Shown here one piece after another: positions 52,641 to 64,000 of a stretch of 64,000 nt of DNA. The notes beneath the pieces were generated by a model, which saw only the letters and a program-made list of their open reading frames with translations, made no database searches and was not told where the DNA came from. Source of the stretch: Octopus sinensis (lineage: Eukaryota); NCBI RefSeq assembly GCF_006345805.1, contig NC_043009.1:69502001-69566000 (forward strand). The letters run 5' to 3'. A program made the translations under genes and the position numbers. Numbering within the stretch: position 1 is the stretch's first letter; each line of letters starts with the position of its first letter.

Positions 52641-54820
52641 GTTTTCGGTATTTAAACAAATAACTTTTTGTACACAGTTGTTGATAATGTAAATCTGTTT
52701 AATTCGTTTTTAAATGGTAATAAAGTAGAAGTTCAGAAATTTGGGTTTGTTGTTGGAATAAATTGATTCCAGTACTTGAGTAGTCTTTTATTTTATCCAT
52801 CGTGGAAGAATGAAAGGTAAAGCCGATCTCAGCAGGAGTTCAACTAAAAACTAAAGAATATCGCAAGGCATTTTGTTCGACAACCTTATAAATCTGCCGT
52901 TAACACATTGCCAACATTATTATACTATAACCTAGATTAAACCTTGATTAAAGAGTAAACCTAGATTAAAACTGAGGTTAGGTAAGGTTTGGCGAACACT
53001 TATTGGTTCAAACCGTTTGGAATAGTTTGTTTCCTGCCTGGTCGTGGGGCTGGTTGTCTTGATAAAGATGCAGAGATTTACGTGTGACAGTTCTTTCATC
53101 TCCCACCGCACGACCCCATCGACAGCTCCCACTTCCATTTGCTTTTGTCCCTGTTCCCCTGAACATAGTAACACCACCCGTGAGTCATATAAACAGAACT
53201 GGGTTGATAATTTATGAGAAAATTTGGGAAAAAACAGCCTTGTCAGAAAATAATAAAATAAAGAAAAATGGAAAAGGAGTAAAAATAATATTTCAGTAAA
53301 ATGATAAATAGCCAGAATGGTTGCTGTCCAAGTTTATCGGCCCACGCGCGCACACACACACACACACACACGATCTTGACTTTTATTGACTAAAAATGAG
53401 TTTGAATATACTCCATATGAAGGTTCCTGCAAAAAGGCTATTATTCAATTTATTATTTTTTAACCATTCAACCCTCAAAAGAAAAAGGAAATGTATATAT
53501 ATATATAAAGAATAGCGCAAAAATGAAAAGGAAAATATGAAAAGACTGTCGTTCGATATAATTCTTCACTTTCATGTAGAACAATATCTTAGACTTGGTT
53601 AATCCTGTCAAAGCGGAATTGATTAGTGCTTTCTATTGTATATCTATTTTAAAAGACTTCCGACAGATGATTGACCAGACCAATTATATCAGCCAAATCT
53701 TTTACACATTACTGAACTCAGTGCACTTTGCTCCACTTCTCATGTTTCATCATTATTCTCAACTCATTATTCACAACTCATTATTCTCAACTCTCAGAAT
53801 GAGATGCCAAAGACCAAGCCTCTGTGAGATGGTTCAGCTTGGTAGAAATGGCTGTTAAATTTCAGAATAAACCCTTCTTTGAAAAGGATACAATTTGGAA
53901 TGTGGTTCTGGGTTCTCGGCAGATAGGAGAAATATGGGGTAATGAAGGTTAACAGAACAAAGCATCTGTCTTTACGCGGTCATTCGAGTGGCCAGAGATA
54001 TTAGCCAAGTCCTCGGCAAAATACGGTTTTTGAATAGGACATGTTGAATAACATGGTCCAGAGTTGGCTGTCCATGGATTTGGAGCTGGCCTCGGGCTAT
54101 AATTTCAGTAGCAGCAACAACAAAAATTAACAGTACGGAGAGACAAACAGGGAGCCACCTCCACCCCTGAGAAGATGAGTCTGTCCAGTTGCATCTCCCA
54201 GTGTGAGACTGGAAGCAAAATAGGGAGAGGATCCCCCGCTGTTGTTTTAGTCTTAGAAACCTTGTCATTTTCTCTTCGTGGTCTCTACGTGGTCACTCGA
54301 TCTGCTAGAAATAGAAGACAAATCCTTCTACAATCACACATCATGAAGGAAATAGTGGATTTTGTAGTCTGAAATGTTTTTGAGTAAAAGTTTGCTCAAC
54401 TCTTGCTGAACCGAAAACTAAACAGGGATCATCTGCCCTATCAAAATAACAGCCAAATCTCTCTCACAATATACTCTACCATCATGTTTAAGGTAGGACA
54501 TACCTGAGAATATAAACCCACCAGTAGAGGATTAAGATTCGGTGAAATTATAGATATATAAAACAAAAGGTGAGGATTCAAGTGAAACAGGCCCTTAAAT
54601 GGTAAGGCACTGGGTCAGGTCAAAATTAAAATGCTTGCACAACAAAGATTGACGAATACATATGCGGGTAGTGAAGTAGAGGCAGAAAGATATTCAGGTT
54701 ATGTATACGATTAATTCAACCCGACTGAGTATATCATTGGCCCTTGCGCTAATCAAGAAACACATACCATATTAAATATATGGTTCCGAGAGGTGTGAAT
54801 TATAAATAAATAACAATAGG

Positions 54821-55164
54821 TAGATAATGTGTTAATTCACTACAGATGTTTCCAACGAATTTTTAATTGATTAAGGGAAACATTAAGTCATTAGAAAAAA
54901 TTGTTTTTATCAGCTGAATACATGAGCCACACAATTTGGAAATGTTCAAAAACCAACGGCACATGTACCTTCATGATTCTAAACAAGCCTTGCTGGTCAT
55001 AGAAAAAAAGGCTTGTAGAATGATGCCGTTGGTTTTTGAATGTTTCTAAATGTTGTGGTTCATGTATTTAGCTGATGAAAACGGTTTTTTCTAATGATGT
55101 AATCCTTCAATTAATCGATTAAAAATTTGTTGGAAACAGGTGTAGTAAATTGACACATTATCTA
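54821..55164. mobile_element. Foldback/MITE-like element, ~140 bp imperfect arms
   Basis: TAGATAATGTGTTAATTCACTACAG...AAAAACCAACGGCA (54821-54961) is mirrored by TGCCGTTGGTTTTT...GACACATTATCTA (55024-55164). The spacer has its own hairpin (ACAAGCCTT/AAGGCTTGT). Confidence 0.8.
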
Positions 55165-55422
55165 TGTGTTGTTTTATATATGTACGTACGTACATACATA
55201 CATACATACATACATACATGAAACACGCAATGAGTCGAAACAGGGGCGGCTGAAGAAGGGCAATGTTCCTTGTGTTGCGTCTTGTACTGTTTTTTTGTTG
55301 TTTGAAAAAGTCCGTTTCCATGTTTTTGTTTTTATGTTTTCGTTTCTCATTGTGTTCTACGTTTCTTTGTGGTGTCCTCTACCCATATATGCGTGTATAT
55401 ATACATATATATATATATATGC

Positions 55423-55459
<37 letters not shown>

Positions 55460-55587
55460 TGTATATATATATACATGTAGAGGTAGGTACGTACATATAT
55501 GTATGTATGCATGTGTTTTATTTATTAATTTGTTATTATATGATCGAACGTCACGCATCCACTTCCAAGTAAGTTTTACATACATAC

Positions 55588-55620
<33 letters not shown>

Positions 55621-56409
55621 TACATATATATATATCTGAAATAGAAGCGACTTCATAATGTAAACAAACACTGCCACACCCTTAATGCACGTGTGTTGTT
55701 TAAACGTCAGGAGCTGTGGTTTATCGTCCGGAAAAAAAAATCCCTTTAAAGACATATATTTTTACAATAACAGAATATACTTCAGAGGCAGGCAAAACAA
55801 AATCGACCCTGAAGTACACAGGTGGTAGATATTCATGTCGTTGTGATTGCAGCTTATCAATAAAATAAATTCTAACTTTACGTTTCTGTGAGTGTGCATC
55901 TGTGTGTGCGTGGCCTTGCCTACTATATATGCACTCAGTCAACAATGCTCTCCACACACATTGCGAAATTAAAACACTATGCTTTTGACATTACATCCTA
56001 ACAATAGACTGGTTGATATTTTCTTTGGCGTCAATTCATGTCAAGTTAAAAAGCTGCAGGCAGCTCTTATTGATAAAGAATGGTAAATGCAAAAACTGAC
56101 CCTCGTGTATAGTAATAAATAGTAATAACTCATCCCCTACTGGGATTTATTTCTAATGTAAGGAACTAATAATCTGACGACTCCCTGCCCGAAGAATGCA
56201 TTTATTGAATCTGTTTTGCATGCAAAATCAATGGATCCGATTGGTTGCTGGCTTAAGTATGCATTCCCACTGATTTGAAATTTCTTGAATAAAACATTTT
56301 ATATATTTTTATTCTTTCACTGAATTGTCATGTATTGCTAAATTTTTGGCAGCATATCAACTAAAACTTATTCAGTGGTGTATTACCTGAATGTACACAC
56401 ACACACACA

Positions 56410-56501
<92 letters not shown>

Positions 56502-56612
56502 ACATAAACATTAGTTTTTAAAGAAATTTTTGCAATTAGTTTTCAAGTAAATGGTTCCCATAAAAGTTGCTTTAGTTAACAAAAAAAGAGTCAAAGCAGA
56601 AATGTGACTCAC

Positions 56613-56703
56613 CTCTGATAAGGCTGAGGGAAATTTGGTGGATGAATGTAACCGATTGCTGACGACATAGCAACTAATCGATCTTGGCTCGGTGAATTCG
56701 TAT
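56613..56703 (-). CDS. CUB-domain membrane protein exon (linker plus start of the second CUB domain)
   Basis: ATTGATTTTTCAG acceptor, GTGAGT donor, phase 1/2, 91 nt. Reads (N)TNSPSQDRLVAMSSAIGYIHPPNFPQPYQ, matching the CUB 'G.I.SPNYP..Y' motif. Confidence 0.85.
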
Positions 56704-57970
56704 CTGAAAAATCAATATTAATTTTCAGTTGTTGGAGTGAGTTGCAGAAAGAAATATATTGAATACTTTTTAAGTTATAAAGAGAAAAATATCTTTTTTT
56801 TTTGCCCCACAAACTAAATTTAAGAAAGTTTCCTCTTTAAAGAATATCTTTTAATGATAATATTTTTTAGGAATAAGAAGTGAATAAAAGACGCAGTGCA
56901 TTGAGTGTGTGTGTATGTGTGAGTATGTGCGTGTGTGTGTTTGTGCACGTGTGTGCATATATATATATTTTGTGTATGTAAGCATAAATACGTGTATTGC
57001 CTCCAAACACAAGCAGTTATAATGGCTAACTAGAATAATTTAGCTCTTTCCCATTCATACACATAAAACTAATTTCTCTCTTTGGTCAATCTTATTATAA
57101 CAATTTCTTCACATTATGCAGAGTCAAAAGAAACAAGTATCCGAACTTTGAGTTGAAGAGGTCATATAAATCAATGGCGCTCGTGACATTTATCAACCAA
57201 TATTTTGTCAAATGTTGAGCGTACGCAGATTAACATTCTTATTTGTTTTTATTGCTGAACATAATTCTTCTACTTTTCTCGGTAGTTTAGTGTTATAATA
57301 CAGTCATATAGTGCAGAGGAACACCCCGTAAAGCAGTAATATAGTTTTACAACTAGCAATCGCAAAGTACAAATCATCTTTGCTGGCTTTGGTGCAATAA
57401 CTGCACAAAACACTCCATCACTGTCATTATATTGCAGCAAATAATGATATTGCATCAGCTATCAGTGCATCACACACTTTCTTTCTCTCTTTATATAGAT
57501 ATAGATATATTTCTGTGTTCGTTTCATAGATCTAATGAAATTACCTATTTCCTTTTCTCTAGTTTATATAATGTAATACCTTTATTTCTATCAAACTCGA
57601 TAACACATTCTGTTTTACGTTATTATCAGGTATATTTTTAATATCCACCACCACATCCATATGAAACAACAACTTGATCTCTCAAGTGGCATCTTTTTAC
57701 CATTCTATCACACCATACAACAGTAACATTAACAACGTAACTAACAGCAATAACCGGAAGAGCGCCACCACCAACAACAACCGACGGCTCTGAGCTGCCA
57801 GTTTCACCGAATAATACGGTCAGATGTCAATTTACTGTACATCATTCCAGTATGGCCAAATGGTTAAAAAGCTCCCTTTACAATTACAAAGTTCCAAATT
57901 TGATCCATTCGCATGGCATCATGAGCAAATGTCATTTTCAATTTGCTTTGACTTGAGTCAGCGAAACCAG

Positions 57971-58338
57971 GTTTCCATGGAAACGGTTGGGAGGCCCAGT
58001 GGACATGTTGCACCTGTATTACAAATGTCAAGCCATATCATAGTCTGTGTCTGAGGAGAATATAATGGATATATGTATTTGTGAAATTGCCATCCATTTT
58101 CAAACTGAGCAGGTAGTTCTGGTAATTTTTGAAACAGAGATCTACAGAATTTACTGCATAATATATACTTGCAGCTTTTTATTTTGAAACAATGCATATC
58201 TTTCCAATACATCTGTAACTTAACTCCTCCATCTCATTTCCACGACGTTGCCATGGCTACAGCCTACAGACTGGAACAACCAAATTGTTGTTGTAGCAAC
58301 TTAGTCCCAGATCAACTGTCATTTATAGAATGGTAAGT
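57971..58338 (+). promoter_or_regulatory. Cluster of RFX X-box-like palindromes followed by a consensus splice donor
   Basis: GTTTCCATGGAAAC (57971-57984), GTTGCCATGGCTAC (58247-58260), GTTGTTGTAGCAAC (58287-58300), and ATG|GTAAGT (donor at 58333). Confidence 0.45.
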
Positions 58339-58854
58339 AACTATGTTATTATTTACAATATTTAGTGTAAAAATTTGTGGCTCACTTTTTATATCAGTGA
58401 TACTCATCTAGAAGATACTCATCTAGAAGGTTACTCCGAATATTCTTTCTTCGTTGCTCTCGTCCACAAAACTTGTTTTCCATAAATCAAAGGACAACAT
58501 AAAGGGAACAGTTATCATAAGTCACTCGTCTAACGCACCAACACATCTACTAATCTGTCTTTCAGGGTTGCTATTACATTATTGACCCTGGAAGGACAAA
58601 AGCTGAAATTCACCTCAAACGGATTTGATCTCAGAGGGCACAAATCTGAAATAAACACTACAGGGTCTACAAACTGACGCTTTCATGATTCTTTCTGTGC
58701 CTGAAAGGAAATAACTAAATTCCGCTAAGGATTTTGTCCACACTGTTCTGCATTTGTCAACCCGTTGTCTGTGAGAAGAACAAAATACATGTATCATACA
58801 TGTATACATGTCTATACATACACAATATATATATATATATATATAGAGATGTTG

Positions 58855-58990
58855 CGTCTGGGGAGAGTCATTCTGTTTTAATGCCTTATTAATTAACACA
58901 CTCACTGGTTCAATTTCCACTCATTATTTTCCTTTCCTAAAATTTTTGTTACTTCTTGCAACCTCTTCAATGGTTGTGGACTCTGTCCAT
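58855..58990 (+). repeat. Dispersed partial relative of the array unit, opposite orientation, lacking the hammerhead part
   Basis: CGTCTGGGGAGAGTCATTCTGTTTTAATGCCTTATTAATTAACACACTCACTGG...TTTTCCTTTCCTAAAATTTT matches the reverse complement of the right end of the array units. Confidence 0.7.
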
Positions 58991-59345
58991 TATCAGAGCT
59001 GCGCTCTTTCTGTTTGATTGTGTGCATGTGTGTATGTGTATTTATATATATATATGTATGCATGTGTGTATGTCTGCATGTATGTATTCTGCATATTTGT
59101 GTGTCTGTGTGCATGTTTGTGCTTGTACGTGTGTGTGGTATGTGTGTGTGTATGGTCATGTGGTGCCATCTCCTTTTGTGAATGTATGTGTGTGTGTATG
59201 CTTGTCTGTCTGTATTACCTATGTACCTATCTATCTACTTATCTATCTGTTTGCCTACTTATATATACATATTTGCCTACCTAACAGCCTACTAACAAAT
59301 CTACCTGTGAATGTATAAACTCTGGGTTTTGGGGTATCACTACCT

Positions 59346-59702
59346 TCAATGTGTATCCCCTATTTGTACAGGGGATGTTTCATATATGACGACGTACTCT
59401 TGAATTTGTCTGAGTGTTGGGTCCTTTGGGTGCTTGGATAAAATGTGGATGACAAGCTGACTCTGTGTGCCTTCATGTTGGTCTTTGGTTGTTGGTAGAG
59501 TATGGAAGACTGTTTTGTTTTTGTCATATTGACTCAAATTTTCATTTAATCTCTCTGCAATCCTTCTAGATGTCTCACCAATGTATGTCATGTTCTTGTC
59601 TTCCTTCAGAGCTTTCCTAAATTTTTGGGCTAGTTCTCCATGGGCTGTGGCCTCTATAAATGTCACTCCTTGATATTTGATGGTCTTGTACCATGTGTTC
59701 AC
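59346..59702 (-). mobile_element. Penelope-like GIY-YIG endonuclease remnant (second family)
   Basis: NMTYIGETSRRIAERLNENL...DPTLRQIQEYVVIYETSPV shows the YIG-T-R motif and the conserved C-terminal 'R...E' helix. Confidence 0.7.
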
Positions 59703-60169
59703 CCGGTTTGCTTTGTCACGAACTCTGTATCCTATTCAAGTCCTTGATACTGAACTTTAGTTAGAGACCGTGAACAACAAAGTGCAGCTCCTCCATTCCT
59801 ATTACATAAAACCCAAAGCTTCTAAATATGTTGTTCACAAGAAGCCAGCTTTGCCACACAACATGAAAATCAAAACATACCGATAGCAGACTTAGAATAA
59901 TGAACAACCTGTCCCCACTATGCAAACCCTATGAACCAAAAGAAATGTGTACAGAACTTCGTGCAGCGCATACAATTCTCTGGATATGATCAGAAAGACA
60001 GGATTTGGGTATTCAGGGGAACTAGAAAGCAGTTAGCATTATTTGTAATGAAGCCAGTGGTGCATGCCCTAGATATAGAAGACTAGAATAGGATACAGTG
60101 AGTATACTCTCTCTCTCCCCCCCCACACACACATATATACACACACACATATATATATACACACACACT

Positions 60170-60236
<67 letters not shown>

Positions 60237-60251
60237 GCATATATATATAAG

Positions 60252-60345
60252 GTAGCTAGCAGAAATGTTAGCACACCGGGCGAAATGCTTAGCAGTATTT
60301 CGTCTGTCTTTATGTTCTGAGTCCAAATTCTGCCGATGTCGACTT
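60252..60345 (+). mobile_element. 5' half of an (ATT)-tailed family SINE
   Basis: GCTAGCAGAAATGTTAGCACACCGGGCGAAATGCTTAGCAGTATTTCGTC...TTCTGAGTCCAAATTCTGCCGATGTCGACTT. Confidence 0.75.
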
Positions 60346-60564
60346 AATAATGTATTTTTTGATTAGTTGATTGCATTTTATTGACTGTGGCTCCAAAAAA
60401 AAAAAAAAAAAAATTCAGGCAGGTGTCAAATGCAAGTGTACATATGTACTTTGATTCTATTCAGAGTATATTTTTTGCCAAATAATAAACATTAAAGTAA
60501 TGACTTTGTAATTAGATTACAGCCAGGTAACATCCTTTCAGAAAGCAAACCCCTATAAACTTAC

Positions 60565-60714
60565 TTGGAACAGAATAATAGGATCCTAAAAAGCCGTGAC
60601 TTCCATTTGAGCTCTTTGAAGAGAATATAACCATTAGCTTTTTCCCTGTTGATGTATATGATGGTTTTGCCTCTCCACAGGACATTCCGAGAAAGCGGTT
60701 TGGTACTAAATCAC
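60565..60714 (-). CDS. CUB-domain membrane protein exon (C-terminal third of the first visible CUB domain)
   Basis: TTTTGCAG acceptor, GTAAGT donor, phase 1/1, 150 nt. Reads (G)DLVPNRFLGMSCGEAKPSYTSTGKKLMVIFSSKSSNGSHGFLGSYYSVP. Confidence 0.9.
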
Positions 60715-60784
60715 CTGCAAAATAACAAAAATATTTATTTTTGTACAATAGAAAACTTTAATGATATACGTTTATGTATGCCTG

Positions 60785-60922
60785 TATGCACACACACACA
60801 CACACACATGAACACATGCATACATACACACACATACATACGTACGTACGTGCATACATACATGCACACATACATACATATACACACACATACATACATA
60901 CGTACATACATATACACACACA

Positions 60923-60954
<32 letters not shown>

Positions 60955-61075
60955 CACACATACATACATACATACATACATACATACATACATACATACA
61001 TACATACATACATACATACATACATACATACATACATACATACATACAAACAAACATACATACATGTATACGTAC
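60785..61075. repeat. (TACA)n tetranucleotide microsatellite
   Basis: Directly visible. Confidence 0.95.
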
Positions 61076-61735
61076 ATATATATTGTTTTTTCTCACACAT
61101 ATGTTCTGGTAAATGTTTAAATTTTCACCTTTTTCTAAAAATTTTGTATTTTTGTTAACACCTGTAGAGATTTAATTTTTGCCATGTGTCGCAAACACAA
61201 ATTCCTTACTGCTCTAAAATAATGAAGATGGTAAAATTGGTAAAAATTATGTTTTGTATTGAGAAAAATTCATAACGAAATTCATTATTTCAAGTTATGA
61301 AAATTTTAAAGCTTTTATATTCTGAACCGGAATTTTGTTCACAGCCAACCAACTTTTTCTTTGTTGTTATTGGTTTGTCTCAAATGAGATCAGATCAAAA
61401 AGGCCTATGATCAAAAGCTTTCCATCCATGGCCATCCAGTCATTTTCATATTTGCTGTAATGACTCTGGCCAGTTCCCTGCATTCAAGGACAGGATTTGG
61501 GAATTTTCTTGTAGCACATTCCTGCCACTGACCTCTATTAATTTCTCTTTAAGGTATAGCTATTTAATCTGACATATAAACAATGCTGAGTGTTTATCTT
61601 GCTGTAACGAGAGGAAACGGTGGAGAGAAGTCGTTTATTTGTAGTTGATGTTCTTTGATGTTTGAATGTGATGACATTGTTTGAGATGTCATCACATTCG
61701 CCAGAGTTACACCGAAGGTCTGCTTGATGACTTAC

Positions 61736-61869
61736 CATCATAAACACTTATACTTTCTTCACTACAGTCTTCTTTCTTTGATAGTTTGGAGTAAATTATT
61801 GATAATTTTACAACATCAGGGCCATCAGAAGCTATGACCCAGGCGCAGTGGCTGGATTTCTTTGAATTT
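61736..61869 (-). CDS. CUB-domain membrane protein exon (middle of the first visible CUB domain)
   Basis: TTTTCTAG acceptor, GTAAGT donor, phase 2/1, 134 nt. Reads NSKKSSHCAWVIASDGPDVVKLSIIYSKLSKKEDCSEESISVYDG. Confidence 0.9.
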
Positions 61870-61974
61870 CTAGAAAATATAAAATGGGATTGTATTAAAA
61901 ATTTGAACATTATAAACTAAAAAATCATAAGTAGATACATATAGGCACATAATAAAATATATCATCATCATCAT

Positions 61975-63390
61975 CATCATCTTTTAACGTCTGTTCTGCA
62001 TGGTGTTATGGGTTGGATGGTTTGACGGGAGTTGGCCATCTGGAGCGCTGCCTGGTTTCCATTTGTCTGGATATCCTTTGTAATGCTTCTATGTGGCATC
62101 AGCATGAACGCTTTCTCATGGTGCCAACATGAATGCTTCCATGTAGGAGTACCAGCATAGGTATTTTATGTGACACCTGCATGGACACTTTTATGTGGCA
62201 CTTATACAGGTGCTTTTATACTTGGCTGCTCGTATGCATGGGGAGTCATGAATTTACTTAGCGTGACGGGTGTTCTGAAGCACAAACCACCAGAAGTCTT
62301 GGTCCCTAGACATCTCTTCTGTGAAGCCCAACGTCTGAAGATCCTTTCTCACTGCTTCGTCCCACATCTTTCTGGCTCTAAACCTTCCATACATTTACTC
62401 TACAATTAGAGATCGGCACTTCTTGATACATCCGTCCTCATCCTTACGCATCACATGACCATACCAGTGCAATCTTCTCTCTTGCACACTATTCCTGATG
62501 TCTCGTCTGCCCAATTTTTCTCTCAAATCACTCACATTCTGTCAAACATGCATATTACCCATCAAGCCTTTGCATGGTCCTCAGTAGTCACAGCACATGT
62601 CTCACTGCCATGTAGCATAGCTGTTCGTACACAGGTATTATACAATCTACCTTTCACTCTGAGAAAGAGACCCTTTGTTATCAACAACGGTTGGATCACT
62701 TTGGACTTTGCTATGTTTTGAGAAGCGTCTCTTCCACTGCTAAGTTGGTTACCTAAGTAACAGAAACTACCTATGATTTCTAAGAACCACCCCGGACATT
62801 TGACGGAGTTTATTTTCTGTACGTTACTAGTGTTTTATATGTAGCACATCTTCCACATATGAAGACTACTTTCTCTGTTAACCTTCCAGTGATACTGCCA
62901 AACACCACTTATGTATCCGTCACTTGCACTGGATACTCCGTGTGGTGTTTCTACCAAAACCATTTCTACATATCGATCAGGACCATCTAACTGAAGGGAT
63001 CAGTGATTTGTCTGTTTTCCTACTTTCTAGGATTTTGGTCATTCTTAAATTAAGTCTTGATTCCAGACCTTGGTTCTACACCTGAAATTTCTTCTCTACT
63101 CCTGTAAGTAAATAGAGCAAGGTTATCAGCACAGAGGAGCTCCCAAGGGATCCTGTTTTAAATTCCTCTGTTGTGGCCCGGAGGACTATAATAAACAGGA
63201 GGGAGCTGGAAACCAATCCAAGGTGAACTCTTACCTGTAAACTAAATTCCTTGCTCTACTCATTGCCCTCACCGACCATTCTTCTATCCTTAGCTTCTGT
63301 ATTGCTCACCAGATAAGAGAATGAGGGACCGTGACGAAGGCTTTCTCCATGTTACACACATAGTTAACACATTATTCTAGATAAATAAGG
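61975..63390 (-). mobile_element. Degenerate RTE-clade LINE with (TGA)n tail
   Basis: FSLQVRVHLGLVSSSLLFIIVLRATTEEFKTG...WELL.ADNL (QGSVLSPLLF/YADD region, ~63110-63250) and CVRTAMLHGSETCAV (~62590-62640). The tail resembles 25140-25355. Confidence 0.78.
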
Positions 63391-64000
63391 CGACATATAC
63401 ATACATACATACATATGTGTGTGTGAATAGTAAAATAAAGAACATTAACTGCATCGAGTGTTGGTAGGATACGGTAGATATGCAAATACCATATCCAATT
63501 TAAACTGTAGATCCGACTCTTACTATAGATCCGTTGTGGCTTTTATAATTTGGGACAACTGTTTCGCTAGAATTTTATTGATTTAGTGCATTCCTAAAGG
63601 GTTACATCATCATATACAACCCACGTTCACCAGGTAATGTTTTAAACAGATCAGGCTTTAAACATCGACCCACACATAGCTAACATTAACTGGAGTGTAA
63701 TTCTTAACTTTTACATTCAAATGCAGAGGGTAATTAGGTGTGGCTTAAGACAGCAAATAAGAAACAAAGAGATCGTATAAATAATATACAACCTATATTC
63801 ACTTATCTAAATTGGTTTATGGTTTAACAATGACGCACAATTATCTAAGAATCAATAGCTATATTATCGCCATGAGTTGTAATTAAAATGCCTTGAAGAC
63901 CTTAGCATATATATTGTCAGTTAAAGGAGACGTGTCAAGAAGTTCACCGACCACCAGCATCAAACATCAGTCATCAAAGTTCATCCGCCCCTATTCATAA

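Noticed and set aside
55225-55265. GTCGAAACAGGGGCGGCTGAAGAAGGGC as a hammerhead
   Set aside because: Core elements lack the required pairing and UH triplet. Probably a decayed repeat.
61870-64000. Search for the upstream exon of the first CUB domain; candidate donor at ~63230 (TTTACAG|GTAAGAG)
   Set aside because: That donor-like site lies inside the RTE RT remnant. I found no 'G.I.SP.YP' exon, so the gene start is assumed to be outside the window.

Overview
This is very AT-rich, microsatellite-dense animal DNA. The repeat content resembles a cephalopod (octopus-like) genome, which is an inference. One clear protein-coding gene is present: six minus-strand exons (61869 to 29355) with consistent splice phases, encoding the C-terminal 292 aa of a type I membrane protein (two CUB domains, a transmembrane helix and a short tail). 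Its 5' part is probably beyond the right edge. The rest is mostly mobile DNA: a near full-length Penelope-like element (RT plus GIY-YIG, Neptune-type Cys linker), RTE, R4/Dong-like, Hero-like and CR1-like LINE remnants, two Tc1/mariner remnants, tRNA-derived SINEs and several foldback/MITE-like palindromes. The most interesting signal lies in the 16 kb intron of the CUB gene: an array of 12 copies of a ~280 bp unit. Each unit carries, on the strand of the host pre-mRNA, a recognisable minimal type I hammerhead ribozyme motif (C[U/C]GAUGA-stem II-GAAAC-AGCU-GUA). Several copies show compensatory stem I changes, and part of the array has a higher-order trimer structure. This looks like a retrozyme or Penelope pseudo-LTR array. 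Two further hammerhead motifs occur, one at the 3' end of the Penelope element and one solo at 25.4 kb. A cluster of RFX X-box-like motifs with a strong splice donor near 58.3 kb suggests a nested antisense promoter. All alignments and folds were done by eye, and repeat boundaries are approximate.
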